A stretch of 64,000 nt of DNA from Myxococcota bacterium (lineage in GTDB: Bacteria; Myxococcota_A; UBA796; GCA-2862545): contig JBCCQY010000025.1 in the NCBI GenBank assembly GCA_039208735.1, positions 1 to 64,000 on the forward strand, given 5' to 3'. Both the position numbers and the translations under genes were made by a program. The notes below the pieces were generated by a model. That model saw only the letters and a list, made by a program, of their open reading frames with translations, was not told the DNA's origin and did not search any database. Below, in pieces: positions 17,615 through 27,494 of this stretch. Each line of letters begins with the position of its first letter. The stretch's first letter is position 1.

Positions 17615-18562
17615 ATGGACTGGGGCACCACCACGAAGACCTGGGTCCGCGAAGGGCTCATCACGGCGGACCAGGCGCCGGCTCTGAAGCGCTGGCTCGA
17701 TCGCCATGGGCCGCGACAACCGCGTTGGGATGGCGCGCTCACGGTCTTGGCGATGGCTGGTGCGTGGTTGTTGACCGGCACTGGAGCAGCGCTGGTCCTC
17801 GAACTCGGAGGAACCGGCGATGAAGCACGGTTGGCGGGCTTTATCTCTGCCTTGCTGTGGATCATCGTGGGGTTCGGACTGGGGCGCGTGGCCAGTGAGG
17901 CCGCCGGGCAAGGGTTGGTGGGCGCGGGAGTGGTGGCGGCAACGTTGGCCCTCGTGCCCGTCAAGGAGATTCGCAACCTGGACCTGATGGGTCTTCTTCT
18001 GGTGTTGACGCCTGCCTTCCTGGGGACCGTTCTGGCAGGGCTCCAACGGCAAGGAGGATTGGCCGCCGCGAGTTCATTGGCCTTCGCCCTTGTGATGGTG
18101 CCTCTACTCATCGACGGAGGGGTGGGAGAATGGGCGTTCGGCGGAACGCTTGCCTACGCCGCCTTGGTCAATCTGCTCGTCTACGAAGCCCGTCAGCGCG
18201 GCGTGGAGAGAACCTTTGCGCAGGCGATGCAATCGCAAATCGGCTTTTTGACCTTGGTCATGGTGTTCGCTTCCTTCGAGATTTGGGGATTCGGAAGACC
18301 AAGGAAGTGGACGGCAGGCTCTGCCTTGCTCGGAGCGGGGGCGATGTTGCTGGGCGCGGGCGCCCTGGGTCAGTCGCGCATGACGCTTGTGAGCGGGCTC
18401 GTCGTGCTGGTGATCGCAGAAATCCGCATTCTGGAGGCGATCGGAGACGTTCGGCTCGCGATCGCGATCCTCGGACTTGAGGGGCTTGCCCTCATTGTGG
18501 CTGTTGTGGGTGTTTTGGTGTCTCGCGCGGGCAAGGCTCGGCGTGATCAGGCCAAGGGCTGA
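17615..18562 (+). CDS. multi-pass membrane protein (DUF2157-like N-terminus)
   Basis: WVREGLITADQA N-terminal motif followed by many hydrophobic segments. Confidence 0.65.
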   Translation: MDWGTTTKTWVREGLITADQAPALKRWLDRHGPRQPRWDGALTVLAMAGAWLLTGTGAALVLELGGTGDEARLAGFISALLWIIVGFGLGRVASEAAGQGLVGAGVVAATLALVPVKEIRNLDLMGLLLVLTPAFLGTVLAGLQRQGGLAAASSLAFALVMVPLLIDGGVGEWAFGGTLAYAALVNLLVYEARQRGVERTFAQAMQSQIGFLTLVMVFASFEIWGFGRPRKWTAGSALLGAGAMLLGAGALGQSRMTLVSGLVVLVIAEIRILEAIGDVRLAIAILGLEGLALIVAVVGVLVSRAGKARRDQAKG

Positions 18563-19701
18563 CGCTTGCGCAAGGGGTAGCGCAACCAGCGACAGTCGAT
18601 TCCGCCGTTTTGCACCGGGTAGCGCTGGTTGGCTTTGAGTCGAAGGTTTCCCGTGAGTTCGGGGTCGCCCGACAGCACCCAGCCTTCGCCCTGGCCGACG
18701 TCCTTGAGCCAGTTTCCGAGCTGTCGCCACGTCATCGGCAGGTCGCCTTCCGCACCAATCCGCACGCCATAGGGCGGGTTGACCACGACCACAGACGGCG
18801 TCGGGTCGGGCTGAAAGGCGGTCAGAGGGCGATTTTCGAATTGGATGTAGCGGTCGACGCCGGCCCGCTTCGCACTTTCCCGGGCGATGGTCAGGGCTCC
18901 CGCATGCAAATCGTTGCCGAGCAACGGAGGGACGGCATCTCGGCCGGCGGTCCAACGACGCAGGGCCTCCGCGCGTAGCGTTTCGAGGAGTGCGGTGTCG
19001 ACGTCGGGCCAGCGCTCAAAGCCAAAGGTGCGTTCGAGCCCGGGGGCACGATCAGAAGCGAGATGAGCGGCTTCGACGAGGAACGTCCCCGAGCCACACA
19101 TGGGGTCGCAGAGTGGCGATTGGCGGTCCCACCCCGTGCGGAGCAGCAGTCCAGCGGCCAGGGCTTCATTGAGGGGCGACTTGACCTGGATGGGCCGCCA
19201 GCCGCGTCGATGAAGGCTCGTGCCCGCGAGGTCTCGGGCGATGGTCGCCACGCGGCCCTTGACTACGAGCTTGAGGGCCACGTCGGGGTCATCTCGGTCG
19301 ACGTCGGGTCGGGTGCCCGTGGTCTCGCGAAGCTGGTCGGCTACCGCATCCTTGACCCGAAGGGCGGCGAAGGACGCATTTCGCACCATCCGCGAAGACG
19401 AATCGCCGAAGACGGCAAACGTCTGGTCACTTCCCATCACGGCCTGCCAATCCACCGTCCCCGCGAGCCGGTAGATGTCGTCGGCGTTCTGGATGCGGCG
19501 GCGGGCCAGTTCTTCGAACACTCGGATGCCTACCCGCGACCAGAGGCACAGCCGGTAGCCGACCTCCAGCGTGCCCTGGAAGGAGACGCCCCCTCGGTCT
19601 TCGCGAACGCGTGTCCCGCCGGCTTCATTCACCTCGGCGGCAAGCAGGTCCTCGAATCCGAGCGAGCACGAAGCGTAGTACCAGCGCATCTTGTCGCTCA
19701 T
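18547..19701 (-). CDS. THUMP-domain RNA methyltransferase (RlmL-like)
   Basis: SLHRRG, SPLNEALAAG, DPMCGSGT, NPPYG. Confidence 0.88.
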   Translation of the reverse strand: MSDKMRWYYASCSLGFEDLLAAEVNEAGGTRVREDRGGVSFQGTLEVGYRLCLWSRVGIRVFEELARRRIQNADDIYRLAGTVDWQAVMGSDQTFAVFGDSSSRMVRNASFAALRVKDAVADQLRETTGTRPDVDRDDPDVALKLVVKGRVATIARDLAGTSLHRRGWRPIQVKSPLNEALAAGLLLRTGWDRQSPLCDPMCGSGTFLVEAAHLASDRAPGLERTFGFERWPDVDTALLETLRAEALRRWTAGRDAVPPLLGNDLHAGALTIARESAKRAGVDRYIQFENRPLTAFQPDPTPSVVVVNPPYGVRIGAEGDLPMTWRQLGNWLKDVGQGEGWVLSGDPELTGNLRLKANQRYPVQNGGIDCRWLRYPLRKRQPLA

Positions 19702-19767
19702 CGCGCGATTGCCTCGTGGACCACTTTTTGGGCCCTTCAGGTTGCCACGACCGGGTTACGACGCGGC

Positions 19768-20049
19768 ATGCCTGCCGCTACGCCAACCCCCGATCAGAAC
19801 CGTGAACTCGTCCTCTATCAAGCGGACTACTGCCCCTTCTGTCGCCGGGTGACCCAGGCGCTGTCGGCCTTCGGGGAGCAGGTCCAAGTCGAGATCCGCG
19901 ACACGATGCAACCCGAGTTTCGGCAAGAACTTCGGGAGCGAACCGGTCGCACCCAGGTGCCGTGCCTCATGATCGATGGCGTGCCATTGTTCGAGTCGCT
20001 CGACATCATCGCGTGGCTCGATTCGTATGTGGAACGAAAGGGGGCCTGA
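19768..20049 (+). CDS. glutaredoxin-like protein
   Basis: Start reassigned to ATG 19768; CPFC, TQVPCL, LFES.DI. Confidence 0.85.
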   Translation: MPAATPTPDQNRELVLYQADYCPFCRRVTQALSAFGEQVQVEIRDTMQPEFRQELRERTGRTQVPCLMIDGVPLFESLDIIAWLDSYVERKGA

Positions 20050-20297
20050 TGCCGAGCTTGGCAGACCGATGGAAGGCGTTGCGCAAGGCGATGGCCGAGC
20101 GGGCGGCCAAGCGAACGTGGACGAAAACGGTCGAGCGCGCCCGGAGCGCCCTGGCTGCGGCCACCAAACCACTTCAGACCTTCGCCGATGCGGAACGCCA
20201 ACGTTTTGAGGCCGCGCGTCGACGCTGGCATGCCCGAGAAACGCAGGGCGAGGCTACGGCAGCGCCCGCTGCAGACGAATCCGACGATCCGCGCTGA
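20049..20297 (+). CDS. small helical hypothetical protein (82 aa)
   Basis: ATG overlaps glutaredoxin stop (TGATG); 3' end overlaps the convergent gene. Confidence 0.45.
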   Translation: MPSLADRWKALRKAMAERAAKRTWTKTVERARSALAAATKPLQTFADAERQRFEAARRRWHARETQGEATAAPAADESDDPR

Positions 20298-21867
20298 TCG
20301 AACGCGCGAGCGCATCGGTGGTGCCGTCCGGCCATTGCACCGTGAGCGATTGCACCTCGGTGGCTTCGCCTAAGCCAAAGTGGGCCTCGGCCGGGCCAGC
20401 ACTGCCGAGGCTTGTGCCTCCCGCCCGGATGGTACGTCGGAGTTCGGTTCCGTCAGGATGGAGAACGGTAATCACGGCGCCGATCGCTTCGTAGGAAGGC
20501 GCGAGTTCGACCACGAGGGTGTGGTTTGGACCGCACCGGGCCCAATCGACCCGAATGGGGCCTTCAAGGTCGCGCCGCACGACATCGAGCCAGCCATCTC
20601 GGTTGAGATCGACGGCCAGGATGCCTCGAGACGCGCCGCGATGCCCGAGGCCCCAGTCGATCAGGGCGAAGGTGCCATCGGCCTGCCCTTGGTAGGTTTG
20701 GTCGGGTTGTTCGAGGGCGTTGAGGGCGGAGGTGCCCCGCGGCGAGAAGGGCCCCACCGTGTCGAGGTGACCAAAGGCCACCAAGAGGTCGGCGATGCCA
20801 TCGGCGTCGAGGTCTGCAAAGTCGGCGCCCCATCCCACCCAGGCGGGATCTGCGCCACCCGCAAGCAGGCCTGCCGCCGCCTGAGCTTCGATCCAGCGCG
20901 GCGCCGCCCCATCGACGGAGCGCGCGTAGACGAGCCGGTTCCACACCGGCATCACAAAGTCGTCCCAGCCATCGCCATTGACGTCGTGGGCCGCGACGCC
21001 CATTCCGGCCGCGGCGATGTGCAACCCCGAGTCGGGCGACAAGTCGAACGTGCCATCGGGTTGCTGACGCAGTGCGAGATTGGGCCGGTAGATCGGAAAG
21101 TCGTTGGCCAACAGCAGATCGAGCTGCCCGTCGTTGTCGAGGTGGGTCGGGGTGGCAACGAAGGTGTAGGCGGCGTGAGCGCCCTCGGGAAGGTCGGCCG
21201 TGTGGTCTTCGAATGGGCCAAGCTGGCCCGGGTTGGCGGGGCCTTGTAGCAAGATGCGAGTCGGATCGGCCGGGCCCTCGATGGCGGTGCGCCCATCGTC
21301 ACCGGCCCGTACGGCGAGGTGACCGGCGACAATTATGTCGAGGCGCCCATCGCGGTTGAGGTCGGCGAACGCGGCCCCTTGCCCATGGTGGGGCACTGCG
21401 ACCAACGGATCGGTTGTGGCGATGAACTGGGCTTGGCCCTGGTTGATCAACAGGGCGTCGGGCGGGCCGAACCGCGTAATCCAGACGTCCAAGTCACCGT
21501 CGCGATCGACATCGGCGAGTGCCGTGGCCGAGGCCTCTCCTCCGAGGGCGGCGAGCTCGTCCGGCAACTCGAGGGCCGCAAAGGTGGGTTCAGACAGCGG
21601 ACCGCTCTGCAGGTAAACCGAGAGTCGTTCGGGGCCTGGCACCACCAGATCCAACCGATCATCGCCGTCGACATCGCCCACTCCGATGCCGGCGCCCGCA
21701 AACCGGTGCGAAGCCGCTGCATCGCCCTCGAGAAAGGTGGTGTCGAAGCCAAGCTCGGTGGGAGCAAGGCATTCGAAGGTGCTGATCTCTTCGACGTTGA
21801 GGGGTTCGACCGTGGACCCACACGCCCAAAGTCCCCACAATCCCATCCATCGCCAGTCACGCTGCAT
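20254..21867 (-). CDS. CRTAC1/ASPIC-UnbV family FG-GAP repeat lipoprotein
   Basis: Repeated DxDGDxxxD Ca-binding loops; C-terminal AIGA..HFGLG..V.WPDG; N-terminal LWAC lipobox-like. Confidence 0.88.
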   Translation of the reverse strand: MQRDWRWMGLWGLWACGSTVEPLNVEEISTFECLAPTELGFDTTFLEGDAAASHRFAGAGIGVGDVDGDDRLDLVVPGPERLSVYLQSGPLSEPTFAALELPDELAALGGEASATALADVDRDGDLDVWITRFGPPDALLINQGQAQFIATTDPLVAVPHHGQGAAFADLNRDGRLDIIVAGHLAVRAGDDGRTAIEGPADPTRILLQGPANPGQLGPFEDHTADLPEGAHAAYTFVATPTHLDNDGQLDLLLANDFPIYRPNLALRQQPDGTFDLSPDSGLHIAAAGMGVAAHDVNGDGWDDFVMPVWNRLVYARSVDGAAPRWIEAQAAAGLLAGGADPAWVGWGADFADLDADGIADLLVAFGHLDTVGPFSPRGTSALNALEQPDQTYQGQADGTFALIDWGLGHRGASRGILAVDLNRDGWLDVVRRDLEGPIRVDWARCGPNHTLVVELAPSYEAIGAVITVLHPDGTELRRTIRAGGTSLGSAGPAEAHFGLGEATEVQSLTVQWPDGTTDALARSISADRRIRLQRALP

Positions 21868-23545
21868 TCAGCAAAGCCCTCGCAGCTTCACGCGCCGCAT
21901 CGCTTACCGTTCGACCTCCCAGCATACGCGCGAGTTCTTCGACCCGCGCGGCTCCTCGAATCGGAACGAGTTCGCTATGGGTGCGACCGTCTTCGATGCG
22001 CTTTTGAACACGGTAGTGCGTGTCGCCGAGGGCGGCAATCTGAGGCAGATGGGTGATGCACAGCACCTGGTGGTGCTCGGCGACCTGGCGCAATTTGTGG
22101 CCAATGGCTTCGGCGACCCCGCCACCAACCCCGCTGTCGACCTCGTCGAAGACGTAGGTTCCGACGGGCCCCTGGCCGGCCAACACCCGCTTCGTAGCGA
22201 GGAGGGCTCGCGACAGTTCCCCTCCGCTCGCGATGCGGCCAAGAGGACGTGGAGGTTCCCCAGGGTTGGGGCTGATCAGCAGTTCGACCTGGTCGGCGCC
22301 CCTGGCGGACAGTCGCCCGCCATCGAAGACCAGCGCCGCATCGCCAGGGTCTATTGGGGCTACGGAAACCTCGATTCGGGCCTGACCCATGCCGAGGTCG
22401 TGGAGTTCACGCCCGATTGCATCGGCGAGGTTTGAGGCGGCCTGCTCCCGCGCGGCGCGCAACTCGAGGGCGGCTTGAGCCGCATGGCCGAGCGCTTCTG
22501 CGACAGCAGCTTGTCGCTGTTCGAGCGAGAGATCGGCGGCATCGAGTTCGGCCAGCTCATGGGCGAGTGCTTCGCGCTTGGCAATCGCCGCATCGACATC
22601 GCCGCCAAACCGTTTGGCGAGCCGGCGCAGCTCCTGAAACCGCTCCTCGCGCATGGCCAGTTCTTCCGCATCGCCCGAGAGGCCTCGGGCATAGCGCCCC
22701 AGATCGTGGGCCGCGTCTTCGAGGTCGGCGAGCGCACCCTGCACCCGATTCGCGTAGACCGCCAATCCCTCGTCGTGGGTGGAGGCATGCGCCAAATCGC
22801 CTTGAAGCTCGGCCAGCTCGCTGCAAATCGCTCGTTCGCGACCGTACAAGGCATGCTCGGCCTGGCTCGCGGCCCGCCGGAGCAGCTCGACATGACGCAG
22901 CCGTCCCAAGGCCTCTTCCAGCGCTTCGATTTCGCCGGGCTTGGGGTCGACCCGTTCGAGTTCAGAGAGCTGAAACCGCAGCCACTCCTCTTGCTCACCA
23001 CGCGCGGCGACCGCGCCGCGAAGCGAGACGAGCCCATCATGAGCGTCTTTGAGCGCGTGGTAGGCCTGGCCCATTCGAGTGGTGAGTTCAGGAACCGCGG
23101 CCCACCGGTCGAGCGTTTCGAGATGGGTGGCCGGATCGACGAGGGTCTGGTGTTCGTGCTGCGACGAGATGTCGATGAGGCCTGCGGCGAGGGCGCGAAG
23201 CTGGGTGGCCGTGGTCAAGCGGCCGTTGACGGTGGCCCGGCTGCGGCCCGACTGGACCACCCGGCGGATGACCAGTTCATCGTCTTGGGGAAACCCAAGC
23301 TCTTGCAGCCGTTGTTGGGCCTGAACATCGTCGGCGACTTCGAAGAGGGCTTCGATCTCGGCCCGCTCAGCGCCCGCTCGCACCACATCGGGGCTCGCCC
23401 GGCCTCCGAGCACGAGCTTGAGCGCATGGATGAGCATGGACTTGCCGGCCCCGGTTTCGCCCGAGATGATCGTCAATCCTGACCCAAAAGCGATTTCGGC
23501 GCTGGCGACGATCGCAAAGTCGTTGATGCGGAGTGCAGTCAACAA
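21857..23545 (-). CDS. recN: DNA repair protein RecN
   Basis: GETGAGKS, QHEHQ, ASGGELSR, FDEVDSGVGG, ITHLPQ, ELARMLGG. Confidence 0.95.
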   Translation of the reverse strand: MLTALRINDFAIVASAEIAFGSGLTIISGETGAGKSMLIHALKLVLGGRASPDVVRAGAERAEIEALFEVADDVQAQQRLQELGFPQDDELVIRRVVQSGRSRATVNGRLTTATQLRALAAGLIDISSQHEHQTLVDPATHLETLDRWAAVPELTTRMGQAYHALKDAHDGLVSLRGAVAARGEQEEWLRFQLSELERVDPKPGEIEALEEALGRLRHVELLRRAASQAEHALYGRERAICSELAELQGDLAHASTHDEGLAVYANRVQGALADLEDAAHDLGRYARGLSGDAEELAMREERFQELRRLAKRFGGDVDAAIAKREALAHELAELDAADLSLEQRQAAVAEALGHAAQAALELRAAREQAASNLADAIGRELHDLGMGQARIEVSVAPIDPGDAALVFDGGRLSARGADQVELLISPNPGEPPRPLGRIASGGELSRALLATKRVLAGQGPVGTYVFDEVDSGVGGGVAEAIGHKLRQVAEHHQVLCITHLPQIAALGDTHYRVQKRIEDGRTHSELVPIRGAARVEELARMLGGRTVSDAAREAARALLNAA

Positions 23546-23599
23546 GGCAGTTCCTCCAGCCTTCAGACGTCAACGGGTGTTCAGTAACGCCTGGAGCGG

Positions 23600-24145
23600 T
23601 CAGTCCTTGGCAGGGCGCAAGATTTGTGTGGGCGTGACGACAAGATCGACGCGCTGGTCACGGACATCGTGGGGAACGTCGTCGACGATCGCTTCATCCA
23701 GCGCAAGGCCGATGCTGAACACCTTGTTCGCGGCCAGGTAGCGGTCGTAGAACCCTCCGCCCCACCCAAGACGCCGACCCGATCCATCGAAGGCCAAGCC
23801 TGGCACCAACACGGCGTCGACCGGAATGGCAGGCCCCGACCCGGTCGGAATGCCGAACGCCCCCTCGACACGGGGTCCCGCGTCTTCGACCATAACCATC
23901 GTGTTGGCCTCGATTCTGGGGATGGCCCAACGAACGTGGGGCAGGGCCTCACGAGCGGGAGACGTCGGGATCTCACGGCGGATGGCCAGGTAGGTGGCCA
24001 CGGTAGATGCCGTGGCCAAAGGGGGCAGCGTCGCAAGGTTTTCGGCAATGCTTCGGGCGGCCGCGCGGAGGATGTCTCGTGTGACCGCGGCTCGCATGCG
24101 GCGCATGCGACGTCGAAACGCAGTCTTCTGGGCGACAAGGTCCAT
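23600..24145 (-). CDS. 5-formyltetrahydrofolate cyclo-ligase
   Basis: LVPGLAFD..RRLGWGGGFYDRYL, HD..D. Confidence 0.92.
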   Translation of the reverse strand: MDLVAQKTAFRRRMRRMRAAVTRDILRAAARSIAENLATLPPLATASTVATYLAIRREIPTSPAREALPHVRWAIPRIEANTMVMVEDAGPRVEGAFGIPTGSGPAIPVDAVLVPGLAFDGSGRRLGWGGGFYDRYLAANKVFSIGLALDEAIVDDVPHDVRDQRVDLVVTPTQILRPAKD

Positions 24146-24173
24146 GGGCCGCTACGTACTCAGGTTCGCGGAG

Positions 24174-24280
24174 GTTGGGGTCACTTCCCTCGCTCCATTT
24201 CCGCAGAACCCAAACCGGTACTCGACGATCGCCGTAGGTCCCTGGAGCGTATCCGTCCTTGACAACGAAATGCGCCCCAC
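24174..24280 (-). ncRNA. candidate rod-shaped structured RNA (possible 6S RNA) directly upstream of 5-FTHF cyclo-ligase
   Basis: Nested pairings on minus strand: GGGG..CATTTC/GAAGTG..CCCC, CGCTCCA/TGGAGCG, GGGACCTA/TGGGTTCT; position matches the common ssrS-ygfA synteny, but canonical 6S sequence motifs were not recognised. Confidence 0.3.
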
Positions 24281-24324
24281 AGTCGGTCGTTCGTTCGATA
24301 GTTTGAGGAACGGAGGACAAGTGC

Positions 24325-24759
24325 ATGAAGTGGTGGTTGGCGTTGGCGGTGGCGTGCGTGGGCGATGATGACGTCGAGGACAAGACGACGCCCACCACAC
24401 CGACACAGGCGGAGACCGGGACCTCGGGTTCAACCGGATCGACGGCGAGCACCGCAAGTACCGCGATGACGTCCGACACCGGCAAGACCGACGTTCCGAC
24501 GGGGACCACCGGAGTTTCCGATACGGGCAGCGACGACACGGGCGTGGTGGCCGATGCCGATGCGGATACCGACGCCGATAGCGACTCCGATGCGGATTCG
24601 GACACCGACACGGACACCGATGCCGACACGGACGCGGATGCCGATACGGACGCGGATGCCGATTCCGATTCCGATGCCGATGCGACACCCAGCGCGGACC
24701 GGCCCGCTGGACCCCCACCCGTTACGCCGCCCCAGTCGGCGCCCACGACCGCTCCGTAG
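24325..24759 (+). CDS. low-complexity lipoprotein with Asp-X repeat tract
   Basis: RBS GGAGG; signal peptide ending LAVAC; Thr/Gly/Ser-rich, (D-A/T/S)22, Pro-rich tail. Confidence 0.8.
   Translation: MKWWLALAVACVGDDDVEDKTTPTTPTQAETGTSGSTGSTASTASTAMTSDTGKTDVPTGTTGVSDTGSDDTGVVADADADTDADSDSDADSDTDTDTDADTDADADTDADADSDSDADATPSADRPAGPPPVTPPQSAPTTAP
24553..24684 (+). repeat. degenerate hexanucleotide coding repeat, 22 x Asp-(Ala/Thr/Ser)
   Basis: GAY-(GCN/ACN/TCN/AGC) units encoding DADADTDADSDS... Confidence 0.95.
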
Positions 24760-24762
24760 CGC

Positions 24763-25449
24763 ATGGGGGCGCGCATTCTGCTCGTGGATGATGACGCGTC
24801 GCTACGCGAGGTCGTCCGGTATGCGTTGGACCGAGCGGGCTACGAGGTGATCGAGGCTGAGGACGGCCTGCGCGCTCTCGAACGATTCCCCGAGCAACCT
24901 GTCGATCTGGTGGTTCTCGACATCCTGATGCCCGAGTTAGACGGGCTCGCCGTGTGTCAGAAACTGCGTCAAACTTCTGATGTGCCGATCGTGTTCCTCT
25001 CTTCGCGGGCCGAAGAGGTGGACCGCATCTTGGGCCTCGAGATGGGAGGTGACGACTACATCAGCAAGCCGTTCTCGCCGCGCGAACTGGTGAGTCGGGT
25101 CAAGGCGGTGCTGCGGCGGACCCAACGGTCCGAGCCCGGTGAGCCAGCCGACGTGGTCGAGGCCGCAGGGATTCGGCTGGACGTCTCCGCCCATCGCGCG
25201 TTCGTTGGGACCTCGGAACTGACGCTCACCGTCACCGAGTTTCGCATCGTCGAGGTGTTTGTGCGGCGCCCGGGACGGGTCTTTACGCGCGATGAGCTGG
25301 TCGAACGAGCGTACCCGGGCCCCCACCACGTGTCGGATCGGACGCTCGACAGCCACATTCGACGGATCCGACAGAAGTTGCGGGAAGCCGGGCTCGATCC
25401 CATTACCACGGTGCATGGCCTTGGCTTCCGACTCGAGGAGGGCGCCTGA
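24763..25449 (+). CDS. OmpR/CreB-family response regulator
   Basis: LVDDD, LDILMP, KPFSPREL, winged-helix TLDSHIRRIRQKL, TVHGLGF. Confidence 0.92.
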   Translation: MGARILLVDDDASLREVVRYALDRAGYEVIEAEDGLRALERFPEQPVDLVVLDILMPELDGLAVCQKLRQTSDVPIVFLSSRAEEVDRILGLEMGGDDYISKPFSPRELVSRVKAVLRRTQRSEPGEPADVVEAAGIRLDVSAHRAFVGTSELTLTVTEFRIVEVFVRRPGRVFTRDELVERAYPGPHHVSDRTLDSHIRRIRQKLREAGLDPITTVHGLGFRLEEGA

Positions 25450-25463
25450 GCCACGAAGCCCGC

Positions 25464-26885
25464 GTGCCGGTGTTGCCACTGCGGGCCTGGCTTGCCTTGT
25501 CCCACCTCGCGGTGCTTTGCTTGCCGCTCGTTGTCGTCCTGCTGTCGGGCGCCTTGGGCCACGATCTCGTACAACAAACGCGGGAGGACGTGGAACACCA
25601 GGCAGATTTGGTGGCCATGGTTCTCGCGGCCGAGATGACCCTGGCCCGCCTCGACGACCCCGAGGCGACCTTGCAGAGCTGTGCCGATCGGCTGTCCGCG
25701 AAGCTTCGTGCGGCCAAGGCGTCGACGTTGGCGGGCTTCGAGCTGACCGATGTAAGTGGCGTGGTCACCGCCACCTCGGGCACGCAGCTTGGTCAGGATC
25801 TTTCGGACCGTCGCGAGGTCAAGATTGCGCTGCAAGGGCGTATGGGCAACATCATCCGGCCACGGGTGCCCCGAAGGGACATGCCGCTGTGGGGTCCAGG
25901 ACGTCGGGCCAGGGTGTGGGTCTTTGTTGCGGTCCCCATCGTCGTAGAGGGCGAAACCCTGGGCGCGCTTGTCGTGTCGAGAACGCCCCGCGAGGAACTC
26001 CAAGCGCTCTACCGCATGGCTCCCCGCGCCATCTTGGCCGCAATGGGCGCACTCATCCTCACGATTGCCCTGGCGTTTGGCGCCGCTGTACTGGCGACTC
26101 GGTCGTTGCAAACCCTCGATGCGAGCGCGAACCGAATTGCGCGCGGTGATTTGGACGGCATGGCCGCGTTGGCTCGGCCGGAGTTGTCGCATGTGGCCGA
26201 GGTCGCAGGGGTGGCCCGCTCGGTTCGACGAGCGGCGTTGCGCCTACGAGAACGGATCGACTACATCGGGGAGTTCGCAAGCAACGTGTCCCACGAGTTC
26301 AAGACCCCGTTGGCGACGTTGCGGGGCACCGTCGAACTCATGGTCGATGAAGGTGCCGCGATGCCCGAAGCCCAGCAGCGTCGGTTCCTCGACAATGCGT
26401 CGCGGGAAATCGACCGGCTCGAGCGTCTGGTCACGGGACTCTTGGCGTTGGCCAGAGCCGATCAAGCCCGAGCCAACGAGCCGGTCGATTTCGGTGAGGT
26501 CGTTCGTCGCGTGGGGGAGCGCCTCGATGTTGAGGTCGAGGGAGAAGCTGGCTGGGTCCGCGGCAGTGGTGTGCAGCTTGAAACGCTTCTCGAGAATCTG
26601 ATTCGCAACGCACGGGAGCATGGCGGTGACACGGTGCGCGTGCGGCTTCGAGGCTTCCACGAAGATGGGGGCACCGGCGTGATTGTGGCCGATGACGGCC
26701 GGGGGATTTCGGCCGCCAACCTGCCGCAGGTGTTCGACCGGTTCTTCACCACCCGACGCGATGACGGGGGAACGGGACTGGGGTTGGCCCTCGCCAAGGC
26801 CGTCGTGGTCCAGCATGGCGGCACGATCGAGGTCCACAGCCAGCCGGGCGACACCCGGTTTGTGGTGCGGCTCCCGGCCGTCTAA
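25464..26885 (+). CDS. membrane sensor histidine kinase (CreC-like)
   Basis: Two TM segments, HAMP, SHEFKTPL, N box, DDGRG, FDRFFT, GTGLGL. Confidence 0.9.
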   Translation: MPVLPLRAWLALSHLAVLCLPLVVVLLSGALGHDLVQQTREDVEHQADLVAMVLAAEMTLARLDDPEATLQSCADRLSAKLRAAKASTLAGFELTDVSGVVTATSGTQLGQDLSDRREVKIALQGRMGNIIRPRVPRRDMPLWGPGRRARVWVFVAVPIVVEGETLGALVVSRTPREELQALYRMAPRAILAAMGALILTIALAFGAAVLATRSLQTLDASANRIARGDLDGMAALARPELSHVAEVAGVARSVRRAALRLRERIDYIGEFASNVSHEFKTPLATLRGTVELMVDEGAAMPEAQQRRFLDNASREIDRLERLVTGLLALARADQARANEPVDFGEVVRRVGERLDVEVEGEAGWVRGSGVQLETLLENLIRNAREHGGDTVRVRLRGFHEDGGTGVIVADDGRGISAANLPQVFDRFFTTRRDDGGTGLGLALAKAVVVQHGGTIEVHSQPGDTRFVVRLPAV

Positions 26886-27487
26886 AGGCGGAGCAGCCCG
26901 AGGCGCACGGCTCGAACCACGGCGTCGGTGCGTCCGCTAGCGTCGAGCTTCACGAGAATGCGGTCGACGTGGAACTTGGCGGTGTGGGGCGAAATATCGA
27001 GCGCTAGGGCAATCTCGCGGTTGCTTCGTCCTTCGGCAAGCAATTCGAGGACCTCGGTCTCCCGAGGGGTGAGGGGCTCAACCTCTTCTTGGCCTGGGGG
27101 GGGCGCGGCTCGAAGTAGACCTTCGAAGCGTGGATCTACCACCTGTAGCCCGCTGCGGACCGCGATCAGTGCGGCGGTGAGTACGTCGGATTCAACCTCG
27201 CGGTGCAACACCCCTGCGGCACCGGCCCCGAGGGCCTGGGCGGCCCGGTCCGCGTCCCGTGCGAGCACCACTGCCGGCACCCCGACTTCGAGGCGCCGTG
27301 GATCCTTGATGGGCTCCTCGGCGTCCCACAACAGGGCCTCCACGCCGTTTGTCGCCACCAACGGCACCAGATCGACATCGGTGGCGACCGCACGGACCAC
27401 CTCGATCTCGTGGGGCAACAACGCAGCGAGGCCACCCCGGACCAGGGGGTCGTCCGCGACGAGAACGACGGACAGCTCCGTGATCAT
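26882..27487 (-). CDS. LuxR/NarL-family response regulator with atypical receiver
   Basis: LTPRETEVLELLAEGRSNREIA..TAKFHV HTH. Confidence 0.88.
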   Translation of the reverse strand: MITELSVVLVADDPLVRGGLAALLPHEIEVVRAVATDVDLVPLVATNGVEALLWDAEEPIKDPRRLEVGVPAVVLARDADRAAQALGAGAAGVLHREVESDVLTAALIAVRSGLQVVDPRFEGLLRAAPPPGQEEVEPLTPRETEVLELLAEGRSNREIALALDISPHTAKFHVDRILVKLDASGRTDAVVRAVRLGLLRL

Positions 27488-27494
27488 GGGTGGA

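Noticed and set aside
24553..24684. CRISPR array or DNA-level satellite
   Set aside because: It is an in-frame 6-nt coding repeat with synonymous variation, with no spacers and no cas genes.
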